A stretch of DNA of 64,000 bases from Alphaproteobacteria bacterium (lineage in GTDB: Bacteria; Pseudomonadota; Alphaproteobacteria; Caulobacterales; Aquidulcibacteraceae): NCBI GenBank assembly GCA_027488965.1, contig JAIYAO010000200.1:1646-65645 (forward strand), given 5' to 3'. Shown one piece after another: positions 1 through 8,822 of this stretch. Both the position numbers and the translations under genes were made by a program. Under the pieces are notes generated by a model, which was not told the DNA's origin, ran no database searches, and saw nothing but the letters and a program-made list of their open reading frames with translations. Position 1 is the stretch's first letter. Every line of letters begins with the position of its first letter.

Positions 1-785
1 TGGGCGTCAACGCCTACACGGAAAGCGAGCCCTCCCCGCTCTACGGCAAGGAAGAGAACGCATCGATCGAGAAGGTCGGCGCGCACGTGGAGGGCGAACA
101 GATCGCGCGGCTGAAGGCGTGGCGGGGCCAACGCGACGGCGCCGCCGCCGCTGCAGCGCTGGACGCGCTGGCCGACGCCGCGCGCGAGGACCGCAACATC
201 ATGGAAGCCTCCATCGCCTGCGCGAAAGCGGGCGTGACCACCGGCGAATGGGGCGCGGCGCTGCGCGCCGTGTACGGCGAGTTCCGCGCACCCACCGGCG
301 TGGCGCTGGTGGTGTCCAGCGATGGCGACGCCGACATCGAGAAGGTGCAGGCCGATGTGGTCGCGCTCTCCGAAAAGCTCGGCCGCCAACTCACCTTCCT
401 CGTCGGCAAGCCGGGCCTCGACGGACACTCCAACGGCGCCGAACAGATCGCCGCGCGCGGCCGCGCCGTGGGCATGAACGTGGTCTATGAAGGCATCCGC
501 CTGACGCCCGCCGAAATCGTCGCCGCCGCGAAGGACAAGGGCGCGCACGCGGTGGGCCTGTCGATCCTGTCCGGCTCGCACCTCGATCTCGTGCGCGACG
601 TGGTGCGCCTGATGCGCGAGGCCGGGCTGGAGAAGGTGCCCCTCGTCGTCGGCGGCATCATCCCGCCGGCCGACGAACTGGCGCTGAAGCAGATGGGCGT
701 CACGGCCGTGTACACGCCGAAGGATTTCCGGATCACCGGGATCATGGGCGATGTGGTGAAGCTGGTGGAGAAGGCGCAGGGGTGA
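1..785 (+). CDS. ecm: B12-dependent acyl-CoA mutase, C-terminal part (ethylmalonyl-CoA mutase/MeaA-like); 5' end outside window
   Basis: Frame-3 ORF is open from the window edge (GVNAYTESEP...). C-terminal cobalamin-binding domain has DxHxxG in KPGLDGHSNGAEQIA, then GLSILSGSH and VVGGIIP. From memory this KPGLDGHSNGAEQIA form is MeaA/Ecm-type rather than MutB-type. Confidence 0.75.
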   Translation, partial: GVNAYTESEPSPLYGKEENASIEKVGAHVEGEQIARLKAWRGQRDGAAAAAALDALADAAREDRNIMEASIACAKAGVTTGEWGAALRAVYGEFRAPTGVALVVSSDGDADIEKVQADVVALSEKLGRQLTFLVGKPGLDGHSNGAEQIAARGRAVGMNVVYEGIRLTPAEIVAAAKDKGAHAVGLSILSGSHLDLVRDVVRLMREAGLEKVPLVVGGIIPPADELALKQMGVTAVYTPKDFRITGIMGDVVKLVEKAQG

Positions 786-1546
786 GCGACGCGACCCTGC
801 TCGAACGCCTTATCCTAGAAGCTTGGCCAGCCCGCGAGCGCGCCGCGCTGCACGGCTGGACGCTACTTGCCGACGCCGGCGTCACCGGGCGCGTCAACGC
901 AATCGCTCCACTGGCCTTTGACGGCGCCGATCTCGACAGCGCCATCGACGCCGCCGTCGCGTGGCAAGCAACGCGCCGCAGCGCACCGTGCTTCAGGATC
1001 GCCGACGGCGTCTGTGCGCCCCCCGATCTCCCCGAACGTCTCGCACAAAGGGGCTGGGGCCCGCACACGCCGACGCTGGTGATGACCGCGCCGATCAATG
1101 AGGCGCGCGCCGCTTTGACGACGGCGACCGCCGCACGCGACATCCTGCTCACCCCCCACCTCCTCCCCGCCATCGAAGCGATCATCCGCGAGACGGCGGC
1201 GTCCGCTGCGGAGTACGCCGAGCGCCGCGCCATCGCGGACCGCACGCCGCAACCACGGCGCTTTGCGCTGCTGGAGCGGGACGGCGGCGCCGCCGCGACC
1301 GGGCTGTGCGTGATCGTGGGCGACCATGCCGCCATCTTCCTCATGCGCACCCATCCCGCGCACCGCCGGCAGGGCCTCGCGCGCGCCATTCTCTCGGCGC
1401 TGCTGGACTGGGCGCACACCGAGGGCGCCATGCATGCGTTCCTGCAGGTGGAGGCCGCCAACGCACCCGCCATCGCACTCTACCGCGACGCCGCCTTCGA
1501 ACCGGCCTATTCCTACCGTTACTGGCGCCCGGGAGACGACAGATGA
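782..1546 (+). CDS. GNAT family N-acetyltransferase
   Basis: GTG 782 overlaps the mutase stop (GTGA). C-terminal acetyl-CoA-binding-type segment HPAHRRQGLARAILSALLDWA...ALYRDAAFEP. Confidence 0.8.
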   Translation: MSDATLLERLILEAWPARERAALHGWTLLADAGVTGRVNAIAPLAFDGADLDSAIDAAVAWQATRRSAPCFRIADGVCAPPDLPERLAQRGWGPHTPTLVMTAPINEARAALTTATAARDILLTPHLLPAIEAIIRETAASAAEYAERRAIADRTPQPRRFALLERDGGAAATGLCVIVGDHAAIFLMRTHPAHRRQGLARAILSALLDWAHTEGAMHAFLQVEAANAPAIALYRDAAFEPAYSYRYWRPGDDR

Positions 1547-2310
1547 CCGACCGACTCGAAAAGCTGCTGCAGGAGGCGCGCGACACCGCCCGCTTTCTCG
1601 CCGTGTTCGTGCCCGCCTACCTCGCGTTCACGACGGTGGCGTTCGCCGCCTACAGCATCCCGTCCGAAAGCATGGCGCCGACGCTGGAGGTCCACGACCG
1701 GGTGGTCGTGTCCAAGTTCGCCTACGGCTACAGCGTCCAGTCGCTCCCGCTGGATCTGGGCGACCATCTCGCGCCGGCCACGACGCGCCTCTTCGAACGG
1801 ACGCCGGCGCGCGGTGACGTGGTCGTCTTCCGCCATCCCCATGAACGCAAGACGATGATCAAGCGCCTGATCGGCCTGCCGGGCGATGTCGTGCAGGTGA
1901 AGGACGGGCTGCTCTACGTGAACGGCGAAGCCGCCCGGCGCCGCGACGGGCGCGCCATCACACGCATTGCCCGCGGCGAAGCCCGGGGCGCGGTGGAGAG
2001 CGCCACCGTGTATCGGGAAGAGACATCTGCGGGCGCGCACCTGATCCACGAGTTCGGCGACGACCGCGCCTTCGATACCTGGGGCCCGGTGACCGTGCCC
2101 GCGCGCCACTTCCTTGCGATGGGCGACAATCGCGACAACTCGCTCGACGGGCGCTGGGCCGGCATGGGCATGGTCCCGTTCGACAACCTGATCGGGCGCG
2201 CGGAGACGATCTTTTTCACGATGCCCCGCCTGGGTGATCCCGCATGGGCGGAGCCTGCGCGGGCGCGCCTGTTCCGCCCGCTGGCGTCGCGCGCGCCCGC
2301 TGCACGATAA
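1543..2310 (+). CDS. lepB: signal peptidase I
   Basis: ATG 1543 overlaps the GNAT stop (ATGA). N-terminal TM helix, catalytic-Ser box IPSESMAPTL, KRLIGLPGD box and GDNRDNSLDGRW box. Confidence 0.92.
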   Translation: MTDRLEKLLQEARDTARFLAVFVPAYLAFTTVAFAAYSIPSESMAPTLEVHDRVVVSKFAYGYSVQSLPLDLGDHLAPATTRLFERTPARGDVVVFRHPHERKTMIKRLIGLPGDVVQVKDGLLYVNGEAARRRDGRAITRIARGEARGAVESATVYREETSAGAHLIHEFGDDRAFDTWGPVTVPARHFLAMGDNRDNSLDGRWAGMGMVPFDNLIGRAETIFFTMPRLGDPAWAEPARARLFRPLASRAPAAR

Positions 2311-3196
2311 ACACGCCCACCAGAATCAACGCCGCCCCGCCGAGGCCCACCGCGCCCAGCGGCTCGTCGAACAGCACCCAGCCGAAAGCCGCCGCCGCCA
2401 CCGGCTGCACGAACAGGAGAATGGTCGAGAGTGCGATCGGCAGCTTGCCGAGGCCGTAGGCGATGAAGCCCTGCCCGCACGAATGCACGAACACCCCGAG
2501 GAAGATCAGCACGCCCCACGCCGCCCATGTCTGGCGTTCCGGCAGGAACGGTTCGCCCAGCGCCGCCGTGGCGATCCCTGCGGCGACGAGCGCCGCCGCC
2601 GTCGTCACCAGCATCGCCACCGAAGCGCTCACGCGATCCCGCACGCCGCGCATCATCACGAGGTACGCCGCGTACCAGACCATCGACGCAAGGCCGAGCA
2701 GATCGCCCAGCAGTTCGCCCTGCCCCTCCTGCGCGCGCCCGTACGACATCGCCACGGCGCCCGCCACCGCGAGCGCGGCGCCCACGAACCAGGCCGCGCC
2801 CAGCCGCTCCCGGAACAGCACCCAGCCCGCCGCCGCCGCAATCACCGGCGTCATGTTGGAGAAGAGCGTGGCGTTGGCCACCGTCGTGTAGCCCAGCGCC
2901 GCGTGCCACAGCAGCAGATCGAACGCGAACACCACGCCGGCCAGAAGCATGAGCCGCACATCGTTGCGCGCAGGCGCGGGCGACCGCAGCAGGCGCGAGA
3001 CCGCAAACAGCACCGGCAGCGCAAATGCAAACCGCCAGAACGCCGTCGCCATCGGCCCCAGCTCCGACAGGCGCATGCCCACCGGCGCCAACCCGATGAT
3101 CGCCGCCCCGCCCGCCACCGCGAGGATGGCGCGTGTCCTGTTCCTGCTGCCTGCGGCCATGAGCAGTGGCATCGCCGCGACGCAGGCAAAAGGCAA
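2216..3196 (-). CDS. DMT/EamA family transporter
   Basis: About 10 hydrophobic helices in two EamA-like halves, Ala/Gly/Leu-rich. Start could be an internal Met (3172). The 3' tail overlaps the lepB tail. Confidence 0.8.
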   Translation of the reverse strand: MPFACVAAMPLLMAAGSRNRTRAILAVAGGAAIIGLAPVGMRLSELGPMATAFWRFAFALPVLFAVSRLLRSPAPARNDVRLMLLAGVVFAFDLLLWHAALGYTTVANATLFSNMTPVIAAAAGWVLFRERLGAAWFVGAALAVAGAVAMSYGRAQEGQGELLGDLLGLASMVWYAAYLVMMRGVRDRVSASVAMLVTTAAALVAAGIATAALGEPFLPERQTWAAWGVLIFLGVFVHSCGQGFIAYGLGKLPIALSTILLFVQPVAAAAFGWVLFDEPLGAVGLGGAALILVGVFIVQRARATPAGGTGAPAQAPPMRDHPGGAS

Positions 3197-3205
3197 GGCG
3201 CTTGC

Positions 3206-6200
3206 TCAACGCTCCGCGTAGCGCCGGAGCAGACCCGACACGGTCAAGGCCGCGAGAGACGTCACCAGCCAGCCCAGCAGTGCGTACCAGGACTTGGCCG
3301 CCACCCAGCCCCAGCGCTCCGGCCGGATGTCGCACCGCGACTCCTGCTTCAGGTCGATGAGCGGGACGAAACTGTCGAGCGCATACCAGATCGCATTGAT
3401 GTTGCCTCCGCACGGCCTGTGCGTGACGACACCTTCCTTGACGACGGCAAGCACCGGGTTTTCGCCCTGCAGGAAAACGAGGCCGTCCAACTGGACGGGA
3501 AATCCCGTGAGCGCGACCTGCGCGGCCAGAGCGCCGGCGAGCCAGAGGGCGAAGAATGTCGCGAGCGCGCGGCCTGTTGAGAGGCCGTTGTCGAAGAAGA
3601 CGGCGTAGAGCCAAAGGAACGGAACCGAGAGCCAGCGGGCCCTCTCAGCCCACCATCCCTCCTCACGCAGCCTTCGCTCCAGGTTGAGCTTGGTGCTTGT
3701 GATCTTGCGGGCGGAAAAACTGTCGCCCATGGCATGCAGCGCTTGGATGAGTTGCTCGTATGGCTGTGGGTTGTACACGGAGCCCCTGTGCGTAGGCTCT
3801 TGCCCTCCCTTGTACTGGCGCTTCAGCCAATCTTGCCGGGCCTGCCACCGCGCCTTGCGCAGTTTCCGGGTTGCGCGAGCACTCGGCACGGTCGATCTAC
3901 CACCGGCCTCCAACAACTTCTCCGGCTGTCTCGTTCCGGTAGGTCGTACGCGACCGTTGCCGCGGGCGCTTGATGCGACCCGTGCGGCCGATGGCGCATT
4001 GAACGCAGCTCGCGGATCTCTCACCCTGCCGTCCGTTTCGGAAAGTCTCTCGTAGTGCAAGCCCCCGAGCTTTAGCTCAGCCTCTTCCGGCCAGGCCCGC
4101 CCGAGATCGTCATCGAGCAACCCAATTCGCGCGCCGCTCACATCGAACACGATTTCTGCGGGCTGGGCTGGCGAAGTTTCGCCTGCCTTCATAACCCTCT
4201 TGTGCTTTCCGACCGGAGCGGCCTCTTTGACTTTGCCGCTGGCTTTGGCAGGTCCTTCGTTGTCTGCAACGGGCGTCAGATGGGCTTTTAGAGAGCCTTC
4301 CTGTACAGGTGTTGCTGGTGACCAGTCTCCCTCGTGAGGGGGTGGCAAGGGCCATGTACCGAAGCCCGAGCGCGTCACAATCCGGTAGGGCGCCTGATAG
4401 AGTACGCTTGGCGGCTCGTACGGGCCCAGCATGTTGTCTTCGAGCATCTCAATCCTGCCGATCGCTTCGGGATCGCTCGAATCCTGGATCCTGAACTTAG
4501 CTTCAAAGATCGCGGGTCCGTAAACGATCCAGCCGTCGATACGCCACTCGTTCTCCGCCCTGACCGCCGACAGCTTACCGCTCTCATTGAACTTTGACCG
4601 CTGCGCGGGCGGCAAAATGGCTGCCGACTCCACGACCTTGAAGGGTCCCTCGGGGCCCCAGACGTGTGCGCAGAAGAAGCTGATGTATCGCTTGACCTGT
4701 TCGTCTGTCTCGAGGGTCAGGCCGCACTTTTCGTTGTGCGCGTGAATTGGTGGCGATGTACCATTGAGTGCAATGACATCCGGCCCTGCGCGCTTCGCCC
4801 GCAACTCGGCGGGCGGCACATCGCGCACGAGAAAGCAGGCTAGCTTCGGCTTTTGCCCTGGAAACTGCGCCTCCACCAAGCTCCATCCCTTGTAGAAGGG
4901 CAAGCTCGTTGTTCTGGCTTGGGTAAAGTCCGAGAGGTTCAGCGCCACCCGGTCAAGGCGAAGAGCACGAGCGACGCGGGCATTAGCCAGATTGACGGCA
5001 TTCTGAGTGTTGCGGACTGACGTAAACAGCAATGGCCCACGATCAGTCGCCCCTAGTCGGACGTCTCCATCGACGGTGGCGCCTTCCAGATCAATCGCGC
5101 CGGACACCTCACCGGTAATCCTGACGTGTCCTTTCACGTTGAGAGACGACGCACCGATCGCTCGCCCATCGCTGCTTGCATAGCACGTCGCGTTGAAATC
5201 CAGATCCCTGCCGATCTCCGCGTACTCCAGCGTCATGCCATTCGACAACTCGGAACCCGGCATCAAGACCACCGAGCCGCCCACCACCGCGCGATCCATA
5301 GTCAGCGTCTGCGCTACGGAGCGCGCGATCGCATTGATGCGGACGTCTCCATTCACTCTGGCGTGCGCCAGAATCATGTGGCCGAATACCTTGGCGCTCT
5401 TGTCATCGTACCCGATCGAAATGGAGCCTGCGGTGAGGTGCCAAGCTTCGATGGCAGCGCTGTATCTTTGAGATTCATCTCCGATGATTGCGCCGAAGAT
5501 ACTTACTGTCCCTGACACGTGAGCGAACGACATCGAAAGGCAGCCGACGCATTTAAAGGGTCGACGTAGTTTTCGCGGGATACCCTCCGCAGTGTCTTCG
5601 CTTCTCTCGTCGTGGAAGCCGAGCCCGCCACCCACGTGCAGACTGTCGCCTACCAGAGCATCCGCCTCGCCCTTCTCGATAGAGGCGCCGATCATCCAGA
5701 CGTCGCCGGTTATCCGGCCATTTTTCAGAATCACGCCACCTTCGGCATCGGCGGCGTTGAAGTGCATCGAGCCGCGAATGGTGGCCTCGGAAAGTTCCAG
5801 CGCATAGTGCTTTGGGCGGTCAGCACTTATTTTCTCCGCGCGCCTCGCCGCGAGCTTCAGCCTTGCCTTGTCTCCCCGAAAGCTGCCGAAAACTTCGATG
5901 GCGCGCGCCTGGACCCAGCAATAGTCACCGTCCTCCAGCGGCCCGACGCCGCACACATCGACGTCGCCGGAGATGTGCGCCCCCTTGATGTCGATCCGCC
6001 CGAACCGCGAATTCTCTAGCGACAGATGCGCAAACCGCGCTCCGCGCGCCATCAGCGCCGGTACAGGGGGGGCCTCGCCCTCTTTCCAGTCATCCTTATC
6101 CGGGTCCTCGCGGTCGCGGTCCCCGAGCAGGTCGCAGTTCTTGAGCACGAGGGTCAGCGCGCCGAGGGCGTCGCCGGCGCCGAAGTAGTCCAGATCGATC

Positions 6201-6433
6201 TGGCCGTGGATGCGCGCGTTCTCGATCTGGATGCCGGCGGCGGTGAGCGGGACGACTTCGCCTTCGGCGTCGCCCGGCTTCAGCAGGATGGGTTGGCGCA
6301 ACGCGAGCCGGCGCAGCAACGCAGCCGCGATCACCGGCTTCTCGCCGCCCTCCTCCGGCAGCGGAAACACCTGCCGAACGCCCTGCCGGACGCTGTCCAC
6401 CACCAGGCGTTCAGAATCGCTGAGATTGTCCAT
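3206..6433 (-). CDS. large repeat-containing membrane-anchored protein of unknown function (beta-helix-like repeats + insert + C-terminal TM module)
   Basis: Uninterrupted 3228-nt ORF with visibly lower GC than its flanks (hand counts: about 60% on 4381-4490, about 83% on 6541-6600). aa 65-500 hold irregular repeats such as ARIHGQIDL, GAHISGDVDV, GRITGDVWM, ARVNGDVRI and GATVDGDVRL. aa 501-760 are non-repetitive. Further motifs: WPEEAELKLGGLHYERL and YNPQPYEQLIQAL. aa 934-1075 hold 3-4 hydrophobic helices plus YALDSFVPLIDLKQ. No catalytic motif recognised. Confidence 0.85.
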   Translation of the reverse strand: MDNLSDSERLVVDSVRQGVRQVFPLPEEGGEKPVIAAALLRRLALRQPILLKPGDAEGEVVPLTAAGIQIENARIHGQIDLDYFGAGDALGALTLVLKNCDLLGDRDREDPDKDDWKEGEAPPVPALMARGARFAHLSLENSRFGRIDIKGAHISGDVDVCGVGPLEDGDYCWVQARAIEVFGSFRGDKARLKLAARRAEKISADRPKHYALELSEATIRGSMHFNAADAEGGVILKNGRITGDVWMIGASIEKGEADALVGDSLHVGGGLGFHDERSEDTAEGIPRKLRRPFKCVGCLSMSFAHVSGTVSIFGAIIGDESQRYSAAIEAWHLTAGSISIGYDDKSAKVFGHMILAHARVNGDVRINAIARSVAQTLTMDRAVVGGSVVLMPGSELSNGMTLEYAEIGRDLDFNATCYASSDGRAIGASSLNVKGHVRITGEVSGAIDLEGATVDGDVRLGATDRGPLLFTSVRNTQNAVNLANARVARALRLDRVALNLSDFTQARTTSLPFYKGWSLVEAQFPGQKPKLACFLVRDVPPAELRAKRAGPDVIALNGTSPPIHAHNEKCGLTLETDEQVKRYISFFCAHVWGPEGPFKVVESAAILPPAQRSKFNESGKLSAVRAENEWRIDGWIVYGPAIFEAKFRIQDSSDPEAIGRIEMLEDNMLGPYEPPSVLYQAPYRIVTRSGFGTWPLPPPHEGDWSPATPVQEGSLKAHLTPVADNEGPAKASGKVKEAAPVGKHKRVMKAGETSPAQPAEIVFDVSGARIGLLDDDLGRAWPEEAELKLGGLHYERLSETDGRVRDPRAAFNAPSAARVASSARGNGRVRPTGTRQPEKLLEAGGRSTVPSARATRKLRKARWQARQDWLKRQYKGGQEPTHRGSVYNPQPYEQLIQALHAMGDSFSARKITSTKLNLERRLREEGWWAERARWLSVPFLWLYAVFFDNGLSTGRALATFFALWLAGALAAQVALTGFPVQLDGLVFLQGENPVLAVVKEGVVTHRPCGGNINAIWYALDSFVPLIDLKQESRCDIRPERWGWVAAKSWYALLGWLVTSLAALTVSGLLRRYAER

Positions 6434-6504
6434 CGGAAGCCCCCGCCTACGCCTCCAAAAGCTCCCACGACTTATTCACAAGGGCAAGCGGGACTTGAGT
6501 CCGC

Positions 6505-8391
6505 TCAGTTCGCGCCGCCGCCGGGGCGGGTGTCGGCGCCGGCGAGGACGGCGGGGGCGCGGCGGCGGTCGCGGCGGTCCTGGCGCTGCAGCTCGACGAG
6601 GTAGGCGGCGAGGCTTGCGGCTTCGGCCTTCGTGAGGCCGGGGTTGGGCATGGCGACGGTGGCGCCGAAGCTTTCGGGCGCGAGCAGGTAGCGCGTGAGC
6701 GCGCCTTCGCTCCAGACGCCGCCCGCGCGCGACAGCGCCTCGGAGTAGGCGTAGCCCTCCTGCGCGCCGATGCGCCGCCCGGCGACGTTGCGCAGCGCAG
6801 GACCGGCGGCGGCGGCGCCCCGCAGGCTGTGGCACTCCGCGCAGCGGCGCCCATAGAGCAGCGCGCCCTCCGCCACGTGGCCGGCCCGCCTGGCCGAAAG
6901 GCCCGCCAGCGTCACCTTCGGCGCCACCCTGGCTTCGGCGTTGTAGAGCAGGCTGGCGCCGGGGCCGGCGGCGTTGCGCAGCAGCAGCATGGACATGCGG
7001 CTGTCGAGCATGGCGATGCGCCCGTCGGGCAGCACCTCGATGTCGCGCAGCGAGTGGCCGCCGAAGCGGATCGGCTCGGCGTAGATGACCTCGTCGCCCT
7101 CCAGCCGCACGCGGAATAGCGTGTTGCCCGACAGCGACCCCACGAGGAGATCGCCCGCCCAGTTGGGGAACATCGCCGCCGGCGCCTCCACGAGGTTGCT
7201 GATGCCCACCGACGGCATCCACGCATGGACCGGCGGCCGGAAGCCGTCGTGGCGGCCTTCCACCGCAGCGCCCGGCCACGGGCGCTGATCGTAGTTCACG
7301 CCGTAGGTGACTTTCGGCCAGCCCAGATTGTCGCCAGGCCGCACGAGATTGAGCTCGTCGCCACCGTGCGGGCCGTGCTCGGTCTCCCAGATGCGGCCGC
7401 GGGAGTCGCGCATGAGGCCCTGCCCGTTGCGCGTCCCCTTGGCGAAGGGCGCATGCGCGCCGGTGTCCTTGTCGATCAGCAGGATCTTGCCCATCGTGGC
7501 GGCGTCGTCCTGCGCCACGTCCACGCCGCGCGCCTCGAACACCTGCTGGTCGCCCACTGTCATCAGCAGGTGCTTGTCGTCGTAGTCCAGCATCCGCCCG
7601 CCCGAGAGATTGCCGGAGAACGGGATGTAGATGGCGGAATACTCCTGCATCACCGGGAAACAGGGCGTGGCCACGAACAGCCGCTTCCAGCCCTCCGTCT
7701 GGCGCACACGCTCGCCCTCCACGACGATGGTGCTGCGGCTCAGGTGGAACTCGATGCAGGTCTTCGTGAAGTGGTAGTGCGTGGCGTAGAAATCGTACGT
7801 GTCGGTGCGCCCCCGCCGCAGGGCGAGAATGTCGTTGATGCGGAAGAACAGGCGCTCCATCCCCGGCGTGCGCCACAGCGGATCGGCGCGGAATTCCTCG
7901 AGATTGAGCGGGGACGCGATCTCGGCCTTCGCAAAGGCCGCCGTATCGGGATTGAGCGCGATGAACGCGCCGTGGGCCGTCACCGCCAGCAGCTTGCCGC
8001 CGGCGAGCTGCGTCATGGCGGCGGAGCGCACGGGGCGCGGCTGGAGCGCGATGAGGTTCAGCTCGAGATCCTGCAGCTCCGACGGGAGCGGCTTCCACGC
8101 CGCCGCCTGCGCCTTCACCGCCGCCTCCCCGCGCACCGCGCGGTCGAGCCAGTCAAAGCTGTTGTTGACGACCGCCTCGGCATAGTGGCGCGCCTTGTCG
8201 GCGATGGGGATGCGGTTGATCACGAAGCGGATCGACACGTAGCCGAACACCATCAGCCCGAGCGCTACGGCCCCCAGCGCCGCGATCCGGCGCCAGTTCT
8301 GCGCGACCGCGCCCACGCCCCGGCCCGCTGCGCCCGCAAGCGCGCGCGCCGCCGCGAGGGGCTCAAGCCCGTGGGGAAACCGGAATGCCAT
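6505..8391 (-). CDS. membrane-anchored PQQ-dependent sugar (glucose/sorbosone-type) dehydrogenase fused to a C-terminal cytochrome c domain
   Basis: Start taken at ATG 8391 (MAFRFPHG) because the upstream ORF part is Arg/Pro-rich. TM helix AALGAVALGLMVFGYV. Propeller-type core motifs GPHGGDELN, LGWPKVTYG and HAWMPSVGISN. C-terminal CAECH haem-binding site with a downstream Met (VAMPNP). Confidence 0.8.
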   Translation of the reverse strand: MAFRFPHGLEPLAAARALAGAAGRGVGAVAQNWRRIAALGAVALGLMVFGYVSIRFVINRIPIADKARHYAEAVVNNSFDWLDRAVRGEAAVKAQAAAWKPLPSELQDLELNLIALQPRPVRSAAMTQLAGGKLLAVTAHGAFIALNPDTAAFAKAEIASPLNLEEFRADPLWRTPGMERLFFRINDILALRRGRTDTYDFYATHYHFTKTCIEFHLSRSTIVVEGERVRQTEGWKRLFVATPCFPVMQEYSAIYIPFSGNLSGGRMLDYDDKHLLMTVGDQQVFEARGVDVAQDDAATMGKILLIDKDTGAHAPFAKGTRNGQGLMRDSRGRIWETEHGPHGGDELNLVRPGDNLGWPKVTYGVNYDQRPWPGAAVEGRHDGFRPPVHAWMPSVGISNLVEAPAAMFPNWAGDLLVGSLSGNTLFRVRLEGDEVIYAEPIRFGGHSLRDIEVLPDGRIAMLDSRMSMLLLRNAAGPGASLLYNAEARVAPKVTLAGLSARRAGHVAEGALLYGRRCAECHSLRGAAAAGPALRNVAGRRIGAQEGYAYSEALSRAGGVWSEGALTRYLLAPESFGATVAMPNPGLTKAEAASLAAYLVELQRQDRRDRRRAPAVLAGADTRPGGGAN

Positions 8392-8822
8392 GCCTGCGAC
8401 GCGTCCTTTGGGGAGGCGCGACCGTAGGTGCGCGGCGGGCGGGCGGACACGCCGTTCACCGGGCCCGCTTGCGCGCAGGGGGCAGCGCCCCTGTGACCGT
8501 AAACATTTACCATGACCGCGCCGGCGGGGCCGGCGGCCGGCCGGCCGAATCGCCGGGCCCGGCGCGCCCGGCTGCTGGGCGGGACTCACCGCCGCCGGGT
8601 GCGCGACGCCCTCCCGCGGGGCGCAGAATCGGGCATGGTTAACGCGTCCGGACGGGGTCCTGCGGGCCTGCCCCGATGGCCGCCAAGGGCGACCCCCGGG
8701 GCACCCTGCAGGACCGTTCCGGCGGCGGCGTTAATCTGTTTCCCGGGTCGTTTACAGGTTGGTCATAAAAAATGTGGGTGCGGCCCCCCAGCGCCGTTGA
8801 CCGACTCTTAGGAAGCCGGGAT

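Noticed and set aside
1914-3614. 566-aa minus-strand ORF, and similar very long ORFs elsewhere in the track (6476-8098, 7225-8427, 9442-11055, 12589-14004, 26068-27687, 33946-36576, 48088-50211, 50767-52662, 51880-54384, 56115-57851, 60903-62888)
   Set aside because: These are Arg/Ala/Gly/Pro-rich shadow ORFs typical of ~70% GC DNA. Each lies antisense or out of frame to a gene with clear family motifs, and none shows a recognisable domain.
8765-8780. Additional NrdR or DnaA box at ATAAAAAATGTGGGTG upstream of nrdA
   Set aside because: It is a poor palindrome, it sits at non-canonical spacing (about 57 bp) from the clear box, and it has no counterpart upstream of nrdB.
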